Shown piece by piece: positions 27,964 through 36,731 of a DNA stretch of 64,000 nt. The position numbers and the translations under genes are program-made. Origin of the DNA: a virus (taxonomy: Duplodnaviria > Caudoviricetes); IMG/VR virus record IMGVR_UViG_3300021387_000452. The stretch is one strand, 5' to 3'. Under the pieces are notes generated by a model. It was given only the letters and a program-made list of their open reading frames with translations. It did no database searches and was not told the DNA's origin. Within the stretch, counting starts at the first letter, position 1. Each line of letters begins with the position of its first letter.

Positions 27964-28539
27964 TTACTTACACAAATCTTTTACGAATCTTACACATATC
28001 TTTTCTAACATTCTTTCATATGATGCTATAGCTTCAGCAAAATCATCATCATACAAGTCATCATGCTCATCCATCATCTCTTTAACAGAGTCTAATAATG
28101 TAATTAGCTCTACAGTTGGCTTTATGTCGTCAAAGTCTGAGCTCTTATCATCTTGTTCTTCATTAACTAAGTTAGGTATGATTGACTGATTAGATGAAAG
28201 TATAGCTTTGAAACTCATCTCAACTATATACTTATCACGAATACCAGCGCCTGAATAGAGTCTTGTTGGTGATACAGAACATAAACTATATTTTCTAATG
28301 ACTACATTGTTTGAATCATACATTGTTAGCTCTGCATTTGGTTGCTTAGGTAAAGATGGCTGTTGACGATGCCATACACTAAATGAATGCAGCACATCTG
28401 AGTTGCATGTATGTATAATATCAAAGTACACACTGTTTCCATCTATTGAAAAGTCACAGGCACTAAATTCTGCATTGTTTATATTACTGAATTCTGAATC
28501 AGTAAATACTACTAACATGTGATCAACAACCGATTCCAT
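27964..28539 (-). CDS. hypothetical protein, weak T4 gp19 tail-tube-like segment
   Basis: W.....AELTMYD....IRKY.L....PT.L.......MSF pattern. Confidence 0.4.
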   Translation of the reverse strand: MESVVDHMLVVFTDSEFSNINNAEFSACDFSIDGNSVYFDIIHTCNSDVLHSFSVWHRQQPSLPKQPNAELTMYDSNNVVIRKYSLCSVSPTRLYSGAGIRDKYIVEMSFKAILSSNQSIIPNLVNEEQDDKSSDFDDIKPTVELITLLDSVKEMMDEHDDLYDDDFAEAIASYERMLEKICVRFVKDLCK

Positions 28540-28556
28540 ATCATGTCTCCATCTGA

Positions 28557-28868
28557 TTATATGCTATTTCCATTGTTTACAATCTCTTCTAATTCCAGAC
28601 TATACTTATCATTCAAGTCTCTTCCAAGCTCTCGTATGTAAGCATTCTCACACCCATTAACATGACAGAATATATGAATGATATCGATTAACGCTTGTGC
28701 TACAATTTGAATGTTACGCTCTGCGATTAGTTCTTCATCAGTTCTCATTTTGTTTACACTCCTCACGTAGCTTCTTGAAAAGTTTGTGAATTCTTTTATA
28801 GTTGGGACTTTTCTTTTTAATACGAATTGTACATGAGATAGGCTCTCTTGGAATATTGAAAGATTCAA
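28557..28868 (-). CDS. hypothetical protein
   Basis: ORF, overlap-coupled. Confidence 0.6.
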   Translation of the reverse strand: MNLSIFQESLSHVQFVLKRKVPTIKEFTNFSRSYVRSVNKMRTDEELIAERNIQIVAQALIDIIHIFCHVNGCENAYIRELGRDLNDKYSLELEEIVNNGNSI

Positions 28869-29197
28869 TCAGTTGCTTTATTTCTGTGCAGCTTCTTTTT
28901 AGACTTTAACAGTTCAGGAAAACTGTATTCTTTTGAAAACTCTAAAAAGTCATTATAAGCATTATCTATAATAAACCAATGACCATCATCAAAACACCAT
29001 GCTTTAAACCAGTCTGAATGAAACGGCTGCATATCCCACTCTTGATCGTATGGTATAAAGTCGTCATACTCTTTATCATAATAGCATTCTATAGCTTCAC
29101 CGCTGTGAAATATGCAAATGACACTTGCACCATCTTTTGGTCTATGCCCGGTTGAAATTAAATGCCATGCTCTTCTATTCATATTGCTATGCTCCAA
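28865..29197 (-). CDS. DUF551-like hypothetical protein
   Basis: WHLI....P.DG..VI...AW pattern. Confidence 0.5.
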   Translation of the reverse strand: MEHSNMNRRAWHLISTGHRPKDGASVICIFHSGEAIECYYDKEYDDFIPYDQEWDMQPFHSDWFKAWCFDDGHWFIIDNAYNDFLEFSKEYSFPELLKSKKKLHRNKATD

Positions 29198-29555
29198 AAA
29201 TAGATCTCAAATCATCTTTGTCTGACACGCTATATAAGGTATATAGCTTATAATTACATGATAGCACTGCCCCATAGTAAGCATCATATTGTTTTCCAAA
29301 TATATTGTACTTCATTACATGAGTGTCAATATGATTAGCAATGAATACAGCAGCTGCTCTCATACTTGAGAAATAGATTTGAATAAATTCTCTATTACCG
29401 TCTTTTACCGGATTTGAGAATACTACTTTACATAGCTTCTTTCGATATGATCTTTCTTGTGGGTTAGACGTTACACACTGTGTAAATAATTCAATATTTA
29501 CTATGTGGTTATTTACGTCAAACTTTTTGCTATATCTTGTCTTATGTCTTTTCAT
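29187..29555 (-). CDS. hypothetical protein
   Basis: ORF. Confidence 0.6.
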   Translation of the reverse strand: MKRHKTRYSKKFDVNNHIVNIELFTQCVTSNPQERSYRKKLCKVVFSNPVKDGNREFIQIYFSSMRAAAVFIANHIDTHVMKYNIFGKQYDAYYGAVLSCNYKLYTLYSVSDKDDLRSIFGA

Positions 29556-29567
29556 AGAATTACGTCT

Positions 29568-29984
29568 CTAACAACGTTGTTGCTCACAATCTTTATTACA
29601 CATTGCTTTTATCTTTTCAACTTCACGCTTGTAAATAGGCTCACTATCATAATCAGTTTTGTACCAATGAACAGTATGCTCATCTTCTTTGACAGCTTTT
29701 GAAATATTTACACGACGGCATAATAATTTAACCATGCAGTCAGCCTGTTCGCATACATATTCATAGCTGTAGTCAGGTGCAAAGTAAGAAGCCATTGCAT
29801 AAAACATATTACACTTAGAGAGTGTATCATTTATTGTTATAGCATATAAATACTGACCTACTTTAAGGTTTTCAATATATGGCGCATCTTGTCGTCCTTC
29901 CGCAATAACCCTAAGACCGCTTGCGAAATTATCAACCAAAATTGCACATGGAATTACGCCACGGTTACTCATATCATCGCTCAT
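29568..29984 (-). CDS. hypothetical protein
   Basis: GGAG RBS. Confidence 0.65.
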   Translation of the reverse strand: MSDDMSNRGVIPCAILVDNFASGLRVIAEGRQDAPYIENLKVGQYLYAITINDTLSKCNMFYAMASYFAPDYSYEYVCEQADCMVKLLCRRVNISKAVKEDEHTVHWYKTDYDSEPIYKREVEKIKAMCNKDCEQQRC

Positions 29985-29996
29985 ACTAATATCTCC

Positions 29997-30329
29997 TTAT
30001 AGAATAACATCCCTAACAATGCGGCTATACCAAATAGGATCGTCTTTATAAATATCAGCCCATTTCTTTATGTATTTATTAACATATTCATCACTGAATG
30101 CTACAGCGCCACTCCAATCGTAGAATATGTTATTTATCCTGCAGAGAAAATGTCCATCAACGGTGTCATAGTATATCACCGGATCATCTAGCTCAAATCG
30201 TGTTGCTAAGATAACTGCAAAATAATAACAGTTACCTGTTTTCCAATTGCAATCGATTTTGAATCGTCTATCAATAAATTCTAATACTTCTTGTGCTATC
30301 ATATTAATCACAGTCGTGAAATAAATCAA
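29997..30329 (-). CDS. small papain-like (GNCYYFA...GH...YDW) phage protein
   Basis: Putative Cys-His-Asp triad. Confidence 0.55.
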   Translation of the reverse strand: MIYFTTVINMIAQEVLEFIDRRFKIDCNWKTGNCYYFAVILATRFELDDPVIYYDTVDGHFLCRINNIFYDWSGAVAFSDEYVNKYIKKWADIYKDDPIWYSRIVRDVIL

Positions 30330-30347
30330 TATGGTTTTCTCTTGCTT

Positions 30348-30617
30348 CTAATTACAAGAAGCCTCTATATCTTTAATATATACCCAAGAGTCAAAACGTG
30401 TTTCAGGATCGTAATTATACTCTAAATCACTTAAAAGCCATTTGCTGTCTTTAACAGAAGTTCCAGATTCTAGATTGCCAACCATATATTCAATGAATGA
30501 TTTATCTTTACCTGTTACAGGATTATACACAGTCACTGTCTTAAATCTTATTAAAACAGGATTATCAACGTCTGGCAATTTCTCAGAAAGTTTAGTCCAC
30601 TTCATTATTAACTCCAT
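30348..30617 (-). CDS. DUF551-like protein
   Basis: MKWTKLSEKLP...VLI...SW. Confidence 0.6.
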   Translation of the reverse strand: MELIMKWTKLSEKLPDVDNPVLIRFKTVTVYNPVTGKDKSFIEYMVGNLESGTSVKDSKWLLSDLEYNYDPETRFDSWVYIKDIEASCN

Positions 30618-30674
30618 TGTTTAGCTAACTCTATTTTACTGTATTGCAATGGCACTAGTGAAACTAGCAATAAT

Positions 30675-30718
30675 TATATACAACAAAACCCATAGAGATT
30701 TAATGGTCTCTATGGGTT
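30675..30718 (-). repeat. 44-bp direct repeat copy 1 (terminator + TGTATA motif)
   Basis: 42/44 identical to 35057..35100. Confidence 0.9.
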
Positions 30719-30736
30719 CATTTCATTTATGAGCTT

Positions 30737-31012
30737 TTAAAGCTCAGAGTAAATTTCTAGCAAGATGTTCTCTGCCTGAGATATGCGATCCTTTGCCAGT
30801 GCTATAGCATCTATCACTTCGTCACTATAGTCAAATATGCCTTTGCCATTTACTGCATCGATATAACTAATTAAATCGTGCATATTTGATTGTGCTGAAG
30901 CCAAAGCACGACTTACTGCATCAGCTTTAATTTTAGCTGGATCTTTCATTTCATTCTTGACTTTGAGTGCTTTCTCAAGTCTAGCAATTCTTGCTTCTAA
31001 TTTCTTATCCAT
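30737..31012 (-). CDS. LExRIxxLE-tag protein
   Basis: MDKKLEARIARLEKALKVKNE. Confidence 0.7.
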   Translation of the reverse strand: MDKKLEARIARLEKALKVKNEMKDPAKIKADAVSRALASAQSNMHDLISYIDAVNGKGIFDYSDEVIDAIALAKDRISQAENILLEIYSEL

Positions 31013-31027
31013 AATTATTCTCCAATA

Positions 31028-32323
31028 TTATACGAATGGCAATTTCATTTGTCGTGGATCATCTTTGCTAGTGCCTCTAGCTTTAACCCTAGAAATAAAT
31101 TCAGCTATATCATACCGAACAGTCTTTAATAAATCGACATCATTATAGTTGTCCAACACTTTATTGATATATGCAGCTACAATAATCATGTCATCTTCAG
31201 TCATGCCAATCGTAGTTAGAATCGGAGTCCCAAGTCTGATGCCAGAAGGATTTGCTGGTGGTCGTGTATCGTATGGAATTGTACTATAATTACATTCAAT
31301 CCCTGCTTTTTCAAGAGCTACAGCTGCAGTTTTACCATCGATATTTTTATTTGTAACGTCTACAACAAGAAGATGAGAATCAGTTCCACCAGATACTACT
31401 CTAAACCCATAGATATTCTGAAGAAGATCAGCTAGCTTCTGAGCGTTCTTCACAGTTTGATGAGCATAATTCTTAAACTCTTCAGTCATTGCTTCTTTAA
31501 GAGCTACAGCAATACCAGCGATATTATTCATATGCGGTCCGCCTGAATTTCCTGGAAATACTGCTCTATCGATTTGCTTTGCAAGATCTGGCTTGCATAA
31601 AATAATAGCGCCTCTTGGTCCACGTAACGTTTTATGTGTAGTCATTGTAACTACATCAGCATACGGAATCGGTGAAGGATATGCGCCACCAACAATCAAG
31701 CCAGCGACATGAGCAACATCAGCAACTAAGATGCATTTTGCTTTGTAAGCAATGACACTAAGTCGAGGCCAGTCTAGAACTCTGCTATACGCTGTGGTTC
31801 CGATTATCATCATCTTTGGTTTGATGTCACAAGCAAATGCTTCAAGACTATCATAGTCTATAAACTCTGTTTTAGGATCTACATCAAATTGATGAACTTC
31901 GTAATTCTTACCAGTGAAATTTACTTTATGTCCGTGGGTGAGATGCCCGCCCGAATTAAGACCAAGCCCAATGACTTTGTCACCAATGTTACATATTGCA
32001 GTAAACACAGCAATATTTGCTGGTGATCCACTTAACGCCTGAACATTTACGTGCCAACCTTCTGGAAGATTAAAAGCTTTCTTTGCTCTTTCTATGCAGA
32101 GATTCTCAATTTTATCTGTGTTCTCTTGCCCCTGGTAGTATCTAAACCCGTTTGGATTATTTGGGCCATTTGGATACCCTTCAGCATACTTCTGCGTAAA
32201 AACACTGCTGAGCGCTTCCATGACATCATTAGATACTTTACATTCAGATGGAATCATTCGTAAGACTGTATTCTGCCTTATTTCCTCTTCCATTATAATC
32301 TGACGTACTTCTTTATCTCTCAT
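31028..32323 (-). CDS. glyA: serine hydroxymethyltransferase
   Basis: KYAEGYP, NVQALSGSPAN, GGHLTHG, TTHKTLRGPRG, SGGTDSHL, SGIRLGTP. Confidence 0.97.
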   Translation of the reverse strand: MRDKEVRQIIMEEEIRQNTVLRMIPSECKVSNDVMEALSSVFTQKYAEGYPNGPNNPNGFRYYQGQENTDKIENLCIERAKKAFNLPEGWHVNVQALSGSPANIAVFTAICNIGDKVIGLGLNSGGHLTHGHKVNFTGKNYEVHQFDVDPKTEFIDYDSLEAFACDIKPKMMIIGTTAYSRVLDWPRLSVIAYKAKCILVADVAHVAGLIVGGAYPSPIPYADVVTMTTHKTLRGPRGAIILCKPDLAKQIDRAVFPGNSGGPHMNNIAGIAVALKEAMTEEFKNYAHQTVKNAQKLADLLQNIYGFRVVSGGTDSHLLVVDVTNKNIDGKTAAVALEKAGIECNYSTIPYDTRPPANPSGIRLGTPILTTIGMTEDDMIIVAAYINKVLDNYNDVDLLKTVRYDIAEFISRVKARGTSKDDPRQMKLPFV

Positions 32324-32332
32324 AATGAATTA

Positions 32333-32662
32333 TCATCCTACAAGTGAGTTAATAATTTCTCTAATCTTCGCTTGATTATTACCAACAACTCTATTCACTT
32401 CAATCCCATCTTTAAAGAAAATAACGCATGGTAAATTCTGAACTCCAAGCTGTTCAGCTACTGATTCACATTCTTCAACATTAGCTTTACAGAATAGAAT
32501 ATCATTATTGCTGTTCTTAAATTCATCATTAAGCTTATCAATAAAGATCGCCATCGCTCTACATGGGCCACACCAAGTAGCCCAGAAATCTATAACAACT
32601 ATACTTGCATCGTTTATAGCATTTGTAAAATTGCTATCATTTATATGAAACGTAACGCTCAT
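32333..32662 (-). CDS. trxA: thioredoxin
   Basis: DFWATWCGPC. Confidence 0.95.
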   Translation of the reverse strand: MSVTFHINDSNFTNAINDASIVVIDFWATWCGPCRAMAIFIDKLNDEFKNSNNDILFCKANVEECESVAEQLGVQNLPCVIFFKDGIEVNRVVGNNQAKIREIINSLVG

Positions 32663-32716
32663 ACTGCATCTGTCTCCTATTAAATTAAAGTGATTTAGTA
32701 AGATTATTGATACCAG

Positions 32717-34987
32717 CTACTGCATGTAGTTGTAATTGTCTTCTTCAATCTCTGGTATATAATCACTCTCTACTGGATCTCCTGGATGAAGATCTTTTTC
32801 TTTAATTTCTTCTATTGCTGGCTTGTACTCATGAGTTTCAAAATCATATTCAAATGGAATTAGCGACCCAAACGATAATCCAATGCTAAGATCTGGGAGC
32901 AGCGGAACTTTCCAGTCTGGGAGTTTAATCGTTTGGCATTCCATAATAATAGGAATGACTTCATCCAATAAATCTCTAGGCACTAGATAGTTGATTTCAT
33001 CGTGAATTGTTCCAATCCATCGAACACCTTTATCATAATACTTTGTGAATAAATCTTTCCATAGTCTGATTATCATTAGCTTAAGTGCATCACCAGCGCA
33101 ACCTTGAACGACTGTGTTAGACACTGTTCGTTTTGCAAATCCCTGTAGAGATCTATCTGAACTGTTGATGTAATATTTGACACGACGAGGTCTACCAAAG
33201 TACGTCTTTACATAGCCATTCTTTTTTGCATATCTAAACGCATTTCGCTGTGCAGCTTCAATTGAAGGAAGCGCTGATTTAAACTTATCAATAAAGTCCT
33301 CGCATTCTTCAATAGACATATCTGGGAATTGATTATGGAATCCGTAAGCTGATGATCCATATAGAATACCAAAGTTTGCCGTCTTTGCTTTCTTACGCGC
33401 TTCTTTGCAATAATTATCTTCACCAAAGATTTTTATTGCTGTCATCTTATGAACATCTTGGCCAGTGTTAAATGCATTGATCCATGTTGGCTCATTAAAT
33501 ACATTTGCTGCAAGACGAAGCTCTTCAGCTTTCATATCGACAGATACTATAACCGCATCTTTCGTAGGTGGTCTAATTGCTTTACGAACATTAAGATGAG
33601 GGTCCTGCCCTTCAACTAAACCGAGGCTGCCTTCTGAATTATCATCAAAGATATAACCACAAAGATTTTCACCATTTGCAATTTGTTCTTCTGTAGCTAA
33701 ATGAGTATGATAGTTGTGCGAGTGTGGCTTCGGTAAGCTTTGAAAGTTTACTGGGCTAAAGAATTTATTCTTACCATCAGTACCACATGCTAAACGGCCA
33801 GTAGGAACTCTGCATGTAAAGTAATTGAATCTAATAGGATGCTTTTTAACTTCATCTGGAGATGATATTTTTATAAGCGTCTCTAAGTATGAGTTGTCAA
33901 ATTTGAACAGCTTTTTATATTCAATGAGCTTACGAAGATATTCATTATCACCATGAGTAGCTAAATAATTCTCAATGGTCTTAATGTCAGTTTTCATTTG
34001 ATTAGTCGCTGTTCTCTGACCTGTATCAATTCCAAGCTGCTGAAATACGCCAACTAATTCTCTGCCTGATGAGATGTTATATTCCATTCCGACTTGTGAA
34101 TAAAGGTACTTCTTAAGTGAATCTAAATGATTTAGCACATCTCCGCGCATTGACTTAAGATAATCATGGTCTACAAAAATTGGAGTGTTCTCTAGCTTCA
34201 TTACAGGGTATAGAACTTCATTGTCTAACTTACCAGCAGCACCTGACTCAGCATAGTATCTTTCTGTTTTGAAAAATAAATGATATGTACCAAGAGCATC
34301 GATGCAAGCATAACGATATCCTGATTCAGCAGGAAGATATCCAAAGTTAGCCTCTCCACCAGTTGTGTCTTCAAATGTAGGTGGATTCCATCCAAGGAAA
34401 TGCTTTTCTGATTTTTTCAACGAAGGCATTGGTACATTTGTATCAGCTAGCCAAACTGAGCATTGAACATCAAAATATTTTACTTTTGAGAGATCAAATG
34501 AATAGATCTTTTCATCTTTCTCAGGTGTGTAACCATACTTTTCTGGAGTCATGAATTCAAGAAATCTCATATCGAATCTTGCATTATATAGCATTGTTAG
34601 CTTTGATCTGCATAGCATTGCATACAGTACTTTCAATCCTTTATATCCGATTGAGATATCAGGGTGAGTCAACGGCACATAGTAACCATTATGACCGTCT
34701 TGAGTAAATGAGTAGCCTACAATAACTCCCTCAACTAAATCACCAGTTTTCTCGCCTTGCTCTGGTGATAGAGAGCTAGTTTCAGTATCCCATGCAAAGA
34801 ATGAGTCTGGCTTAAACTTATTATTATAGAAATCCATCAGCTCTTCATACGAATGAATCAAATGATATTCAAGCTTGTAGAGATCTTCAAAGTTTTCGAG
34901 AATTGGTACTGCTGGTACATAATGCTCATAACTTCCACGGCTTGTTTTAATTTCATCTGATTCAGCTTTCTTTTTTCTTGGTGCCAT
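32717..34987 (-). CDS. polA: family A DNA polymerase with 3'-5' exonuclease domain
   Basis: WDTET (ExoI), YNARFD, YACIDA, TGRL, motif A DMKAEELR, motif B RKKAKTANFGILYG, motif C IHDEI. Confidence 0.95.
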   Translation of the reverse strand: MAPRKKKAESDEIKTSRGSYEHYVPAVPILENFEDLYKLEYHLIHSYEELMDFYNNKFKPDSFFAWDTETSSLSPEQGEKTGDLVEGVIVGYSFTQDGHNGYYVPLTHPDISIGYKGLKVLYAMLCRSKLTMLYNARFDMRFLEFMTPEKYGYTPEKDEKIYSFDLSKVKYFDVQCSVWLADTNVPMPSLKKSEKHFLGWNPPTFEDTTGGEANFGYLPAESGYRYACIDALGTYHLFFKTERYYAESGAAGKLDNEVLYPVMKLENTPIFVDHDYLKSMRGDVLNHLDSLKKYLYSQVGMEYNISSGRELVGVFQQLGIDTGQRTATNQMKTDIKTIENYLATHGDNEYLRKLIEYKKLFKFDNSYLETLIKISSPDEVKKHPIRFNYFTCRVPTGRLACGTDGKNKFFSPVNFQSLPKPHSHNYHTHLATEEQIANGENLCGYIFDDNSEGSLGLVEGQDPHLNVRKAIRPPTKDAVIVSVDMKAEELRLAANVFNEPTWINAFNTGQDVHKMTAIKIFGEDNYCKEARKKAKTANFGILYGSSAYGFHNQFPDMSIEECEDFIDKFKSALPSIEAAQRNAFRYAKKNGYVKTYFGRPRRVKYYINSSDRSLQGFAKRTVSNTVVQGCAGDALKLMIIRLWKDLFTKYYDKGVRWIGTIHDEINYLVPRDLLDEVIPIIMECQTIKLPDWKVPLLPDLSIGLSFGSLIPFEYDFETHEYKPAIEEIKEKDLHPGDPVESDYIPEIEEDNYNYMQ

Positions 34988-35056
34988 AATTTCTTAAACT
35001 CCTAACTGGCTAAAAGGCATAATCGCGATAGTCTTTTACTTCAACATCGCAAAGTA

Positions 35057-35100
35057 TATATACAACAAAGCCCATAGAGATTTAATCGTCTCTATGGGTT
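35057..35100 (-). repeat. 44-bp direct repeat copy 2 (terminator + TGTATA motif upstream of polA)
   Basis: 42/44 identical to 30675..30718. Confidence 0.9.
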
Positions 35101-35115
35101 TAGTCGCTTTATAAA

Positions 35116-35697
35116 TTATTCTGGTTTGCTTGGCTGTGTAGGCTCAGCTGGTGTAGAATCAGCTGGTTTATCTTTGCATTCTAGTTTATCGCCTTCACCT
35201 TTCTGACATGTTTTATTTACATCGCACTCATCATTCTCTGCTTTACCAGCACATTTATCTTCGACAGGTGTGGCTGCACATTTTGCTTTATCATTATCAG
35301 GGCAGGCAGTACCATCTTCACATTTGCATTCTTCTACATTTCGAGGTTTGCATTCACATTTATCAGCTTCACATAAACAATCTTCAGTGTCAGCATTACA
35401 TGCAGGATCACATTTAGCATCTTCATGTTTTGGACAAGCATCTTTTCCGCCTTCAGGACAAGCAGACCCGTCGTCGCATTTACATTCTTCAGTAGCTTTT
35501 GCTTCACACGCACATACATGGTTTCCAGCATCAGTGTCTTTACAAACGCATGTTTCAGTATCTGCATTACATGCTGGGTTACAAACTTCAACTGCTGGAG
35601 TTTTATCCTCAGGAGTGGCATCTTTGTCATCCTTGTCTTCACAAGCAACAAAGATTAGAGCAGAAATAGCAAAAAGAATTGTGAATAATTTTTTCAT
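35116..35697 (-). CDS. Cys-rich lipoprotein
   Basis: MKKLFTILFAISALIFVA|C lipobox; duplicated CxPACNADTExCxC...ECKCxDGxACP unit. Confidence 0.85.
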   Translation of the reverse strand: MKKLFTILFAISALIFVACEDKDDKDATPEDKTPAVEVCNPACNADTETCVCKDTDAGNHVCACEAKATEECKCDDGSACPEGGKDACPKHEDAKCDPACNADTEDCLCEADKCECKPRNVEECKCEDGTACPDNDKAKCAATPVEDKCAGKAENDECDVNKTCQKGEGDKLECKDKPADSTPAEPTQPSKPE

Positions 35698-35761
35698 AAT
35701 AAACTAATATCCTTTATATTACATGTAAATAAACGAATGATTATAACGGAACCATTCAACC

Positions 35762-35790
35762 GTGAACCATGCTATTTATACATGGTTCAC
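35762..35790. promoter_or_regulatory. hairpin in 5' leader of lipoprotein gene
   Basis: GTGAACCATG/CATGGTTCAC; ATATCTATA motif at 35838-35846. Confidence 0.45.
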
Positions 35791-35931
35791 TGTAGTAGTT
35801 TAACTAATAAAATGTAATACTATGTACTACATGTAATTATAGATATTTCTACTATGTAGTTTGATAAGTAAACTTCTTTAGCCAAACGTTGTCTTTTCTG
35901 AATACATTCTATTTGAGTCAAATCACTACTG

Positions 35932-36315
35932 CTACTCAGCCTCATCTAGTAAATCTTTTACTTTAGTTAGATTGGATATGTATTCATTAGACGCTACAGT
36001 AGCAGCACTATCTGTGTATTCCAATTTTAATTCATCAATAATATTTATTGCTGAGTTAACTAGTGATCCAGCTATAACTGGTGATTCGCACGCTTCAACT
36101 GTACTCTTACTTACTGTGTATGGAATTGGGCAATTGTTTGACTTAGCGTCTACTGTGTTTTCTCCAGCTGGATCTGGTTTAAGACGAACTCCATTGTTAA
36201 ATTGCGGAGATCGTAGCCACGATATTAAATAGTCTATATCACCAGCAGTCTGTCTCATTCCTAGCTGACTTAATTTAAGAGCAATTTCATGAAGTCTCTT
36301 TAATTCATCTGTCAT
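35932..36315 (-). CDS. hypothetical protein
   Basis: ORF. Confidence 0.65.
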   Translation of the reverse strand: MTDELKRLHEIALKLSQLGMRQTAGDIDYLISWLRSPQFNNGVRLKPDPAGENTVDAKSNNCPIPYTVSKSTVEACESPVIAGSLVNSAINIIDELKLEYTDSAATVASNEYISNLTKVKDLLDEAE

Positions 36316-36595
36316 CTCTGTTACCTTTATACTTAAACATCATAACAAACAATACGATGAGTAGAAAAGTTGCAAGACCATAGTTTATGTATTGCCAAAA
36401 CAGCTTCATGCCGGTGTTACTAAATATGTAATACGCACAAAGTGTATTTCCGCCAAAGTCAAGTAGAAGCATTGGTAAAGACAGTCCTCTAGTAGACTTT
36501 GCTTTGTAGCACTTTATAACCTGCGGAGCTGACTTTACTCCAAACAATAAATTACCTAGCATGCCAGCGATAAATGCCAAATTTATATGATCCAT
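36305..36595 (-). CDS. PQ-loop / SemiSWEET-like 3-TM protein
   Basis: APQVIKCYKAKSTRGLS, three hydrophobic helices, INY. Confidence 0.85.
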   Translation of the reverse strand: MDHINLAFIAGMLGNLLFGVKSAPQVIKCYKAKSTRGLSLPMLLLDFGGNTLCAYYIFSNTGMKLFWQYINYGLATFLLIVLFVMMFKYKGNRDDR

Positions 36596-36623
36596 AGTAC
36601 ATATCTCAACAGTGTTACTAGTA

Positions 36624-36651
36624 AGCCTATCTAAATCACTTTAGATAGGCT
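36624..36651. terminator. stem-loop
   Basis: AGCCTATCTAAA/TTTAGATAGGCT. Confidence 0.55.
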
Positions 36652-36731
36652 GAACTTTATAGTCTAATAAATACACACAGCATGCAGATAAATTAATCTG
36701 AAGCTTAATAGATCACTGCTATCTATTGATC

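Noticed and set aside
35208-35707. Plus-strand and alternative-frame ORFs over the lipoprotein, and similar shadow ORFs elsewhere
   Set aside because: They are antisense or frame shadows of well-supported minus-strand genes and lack an RBS.
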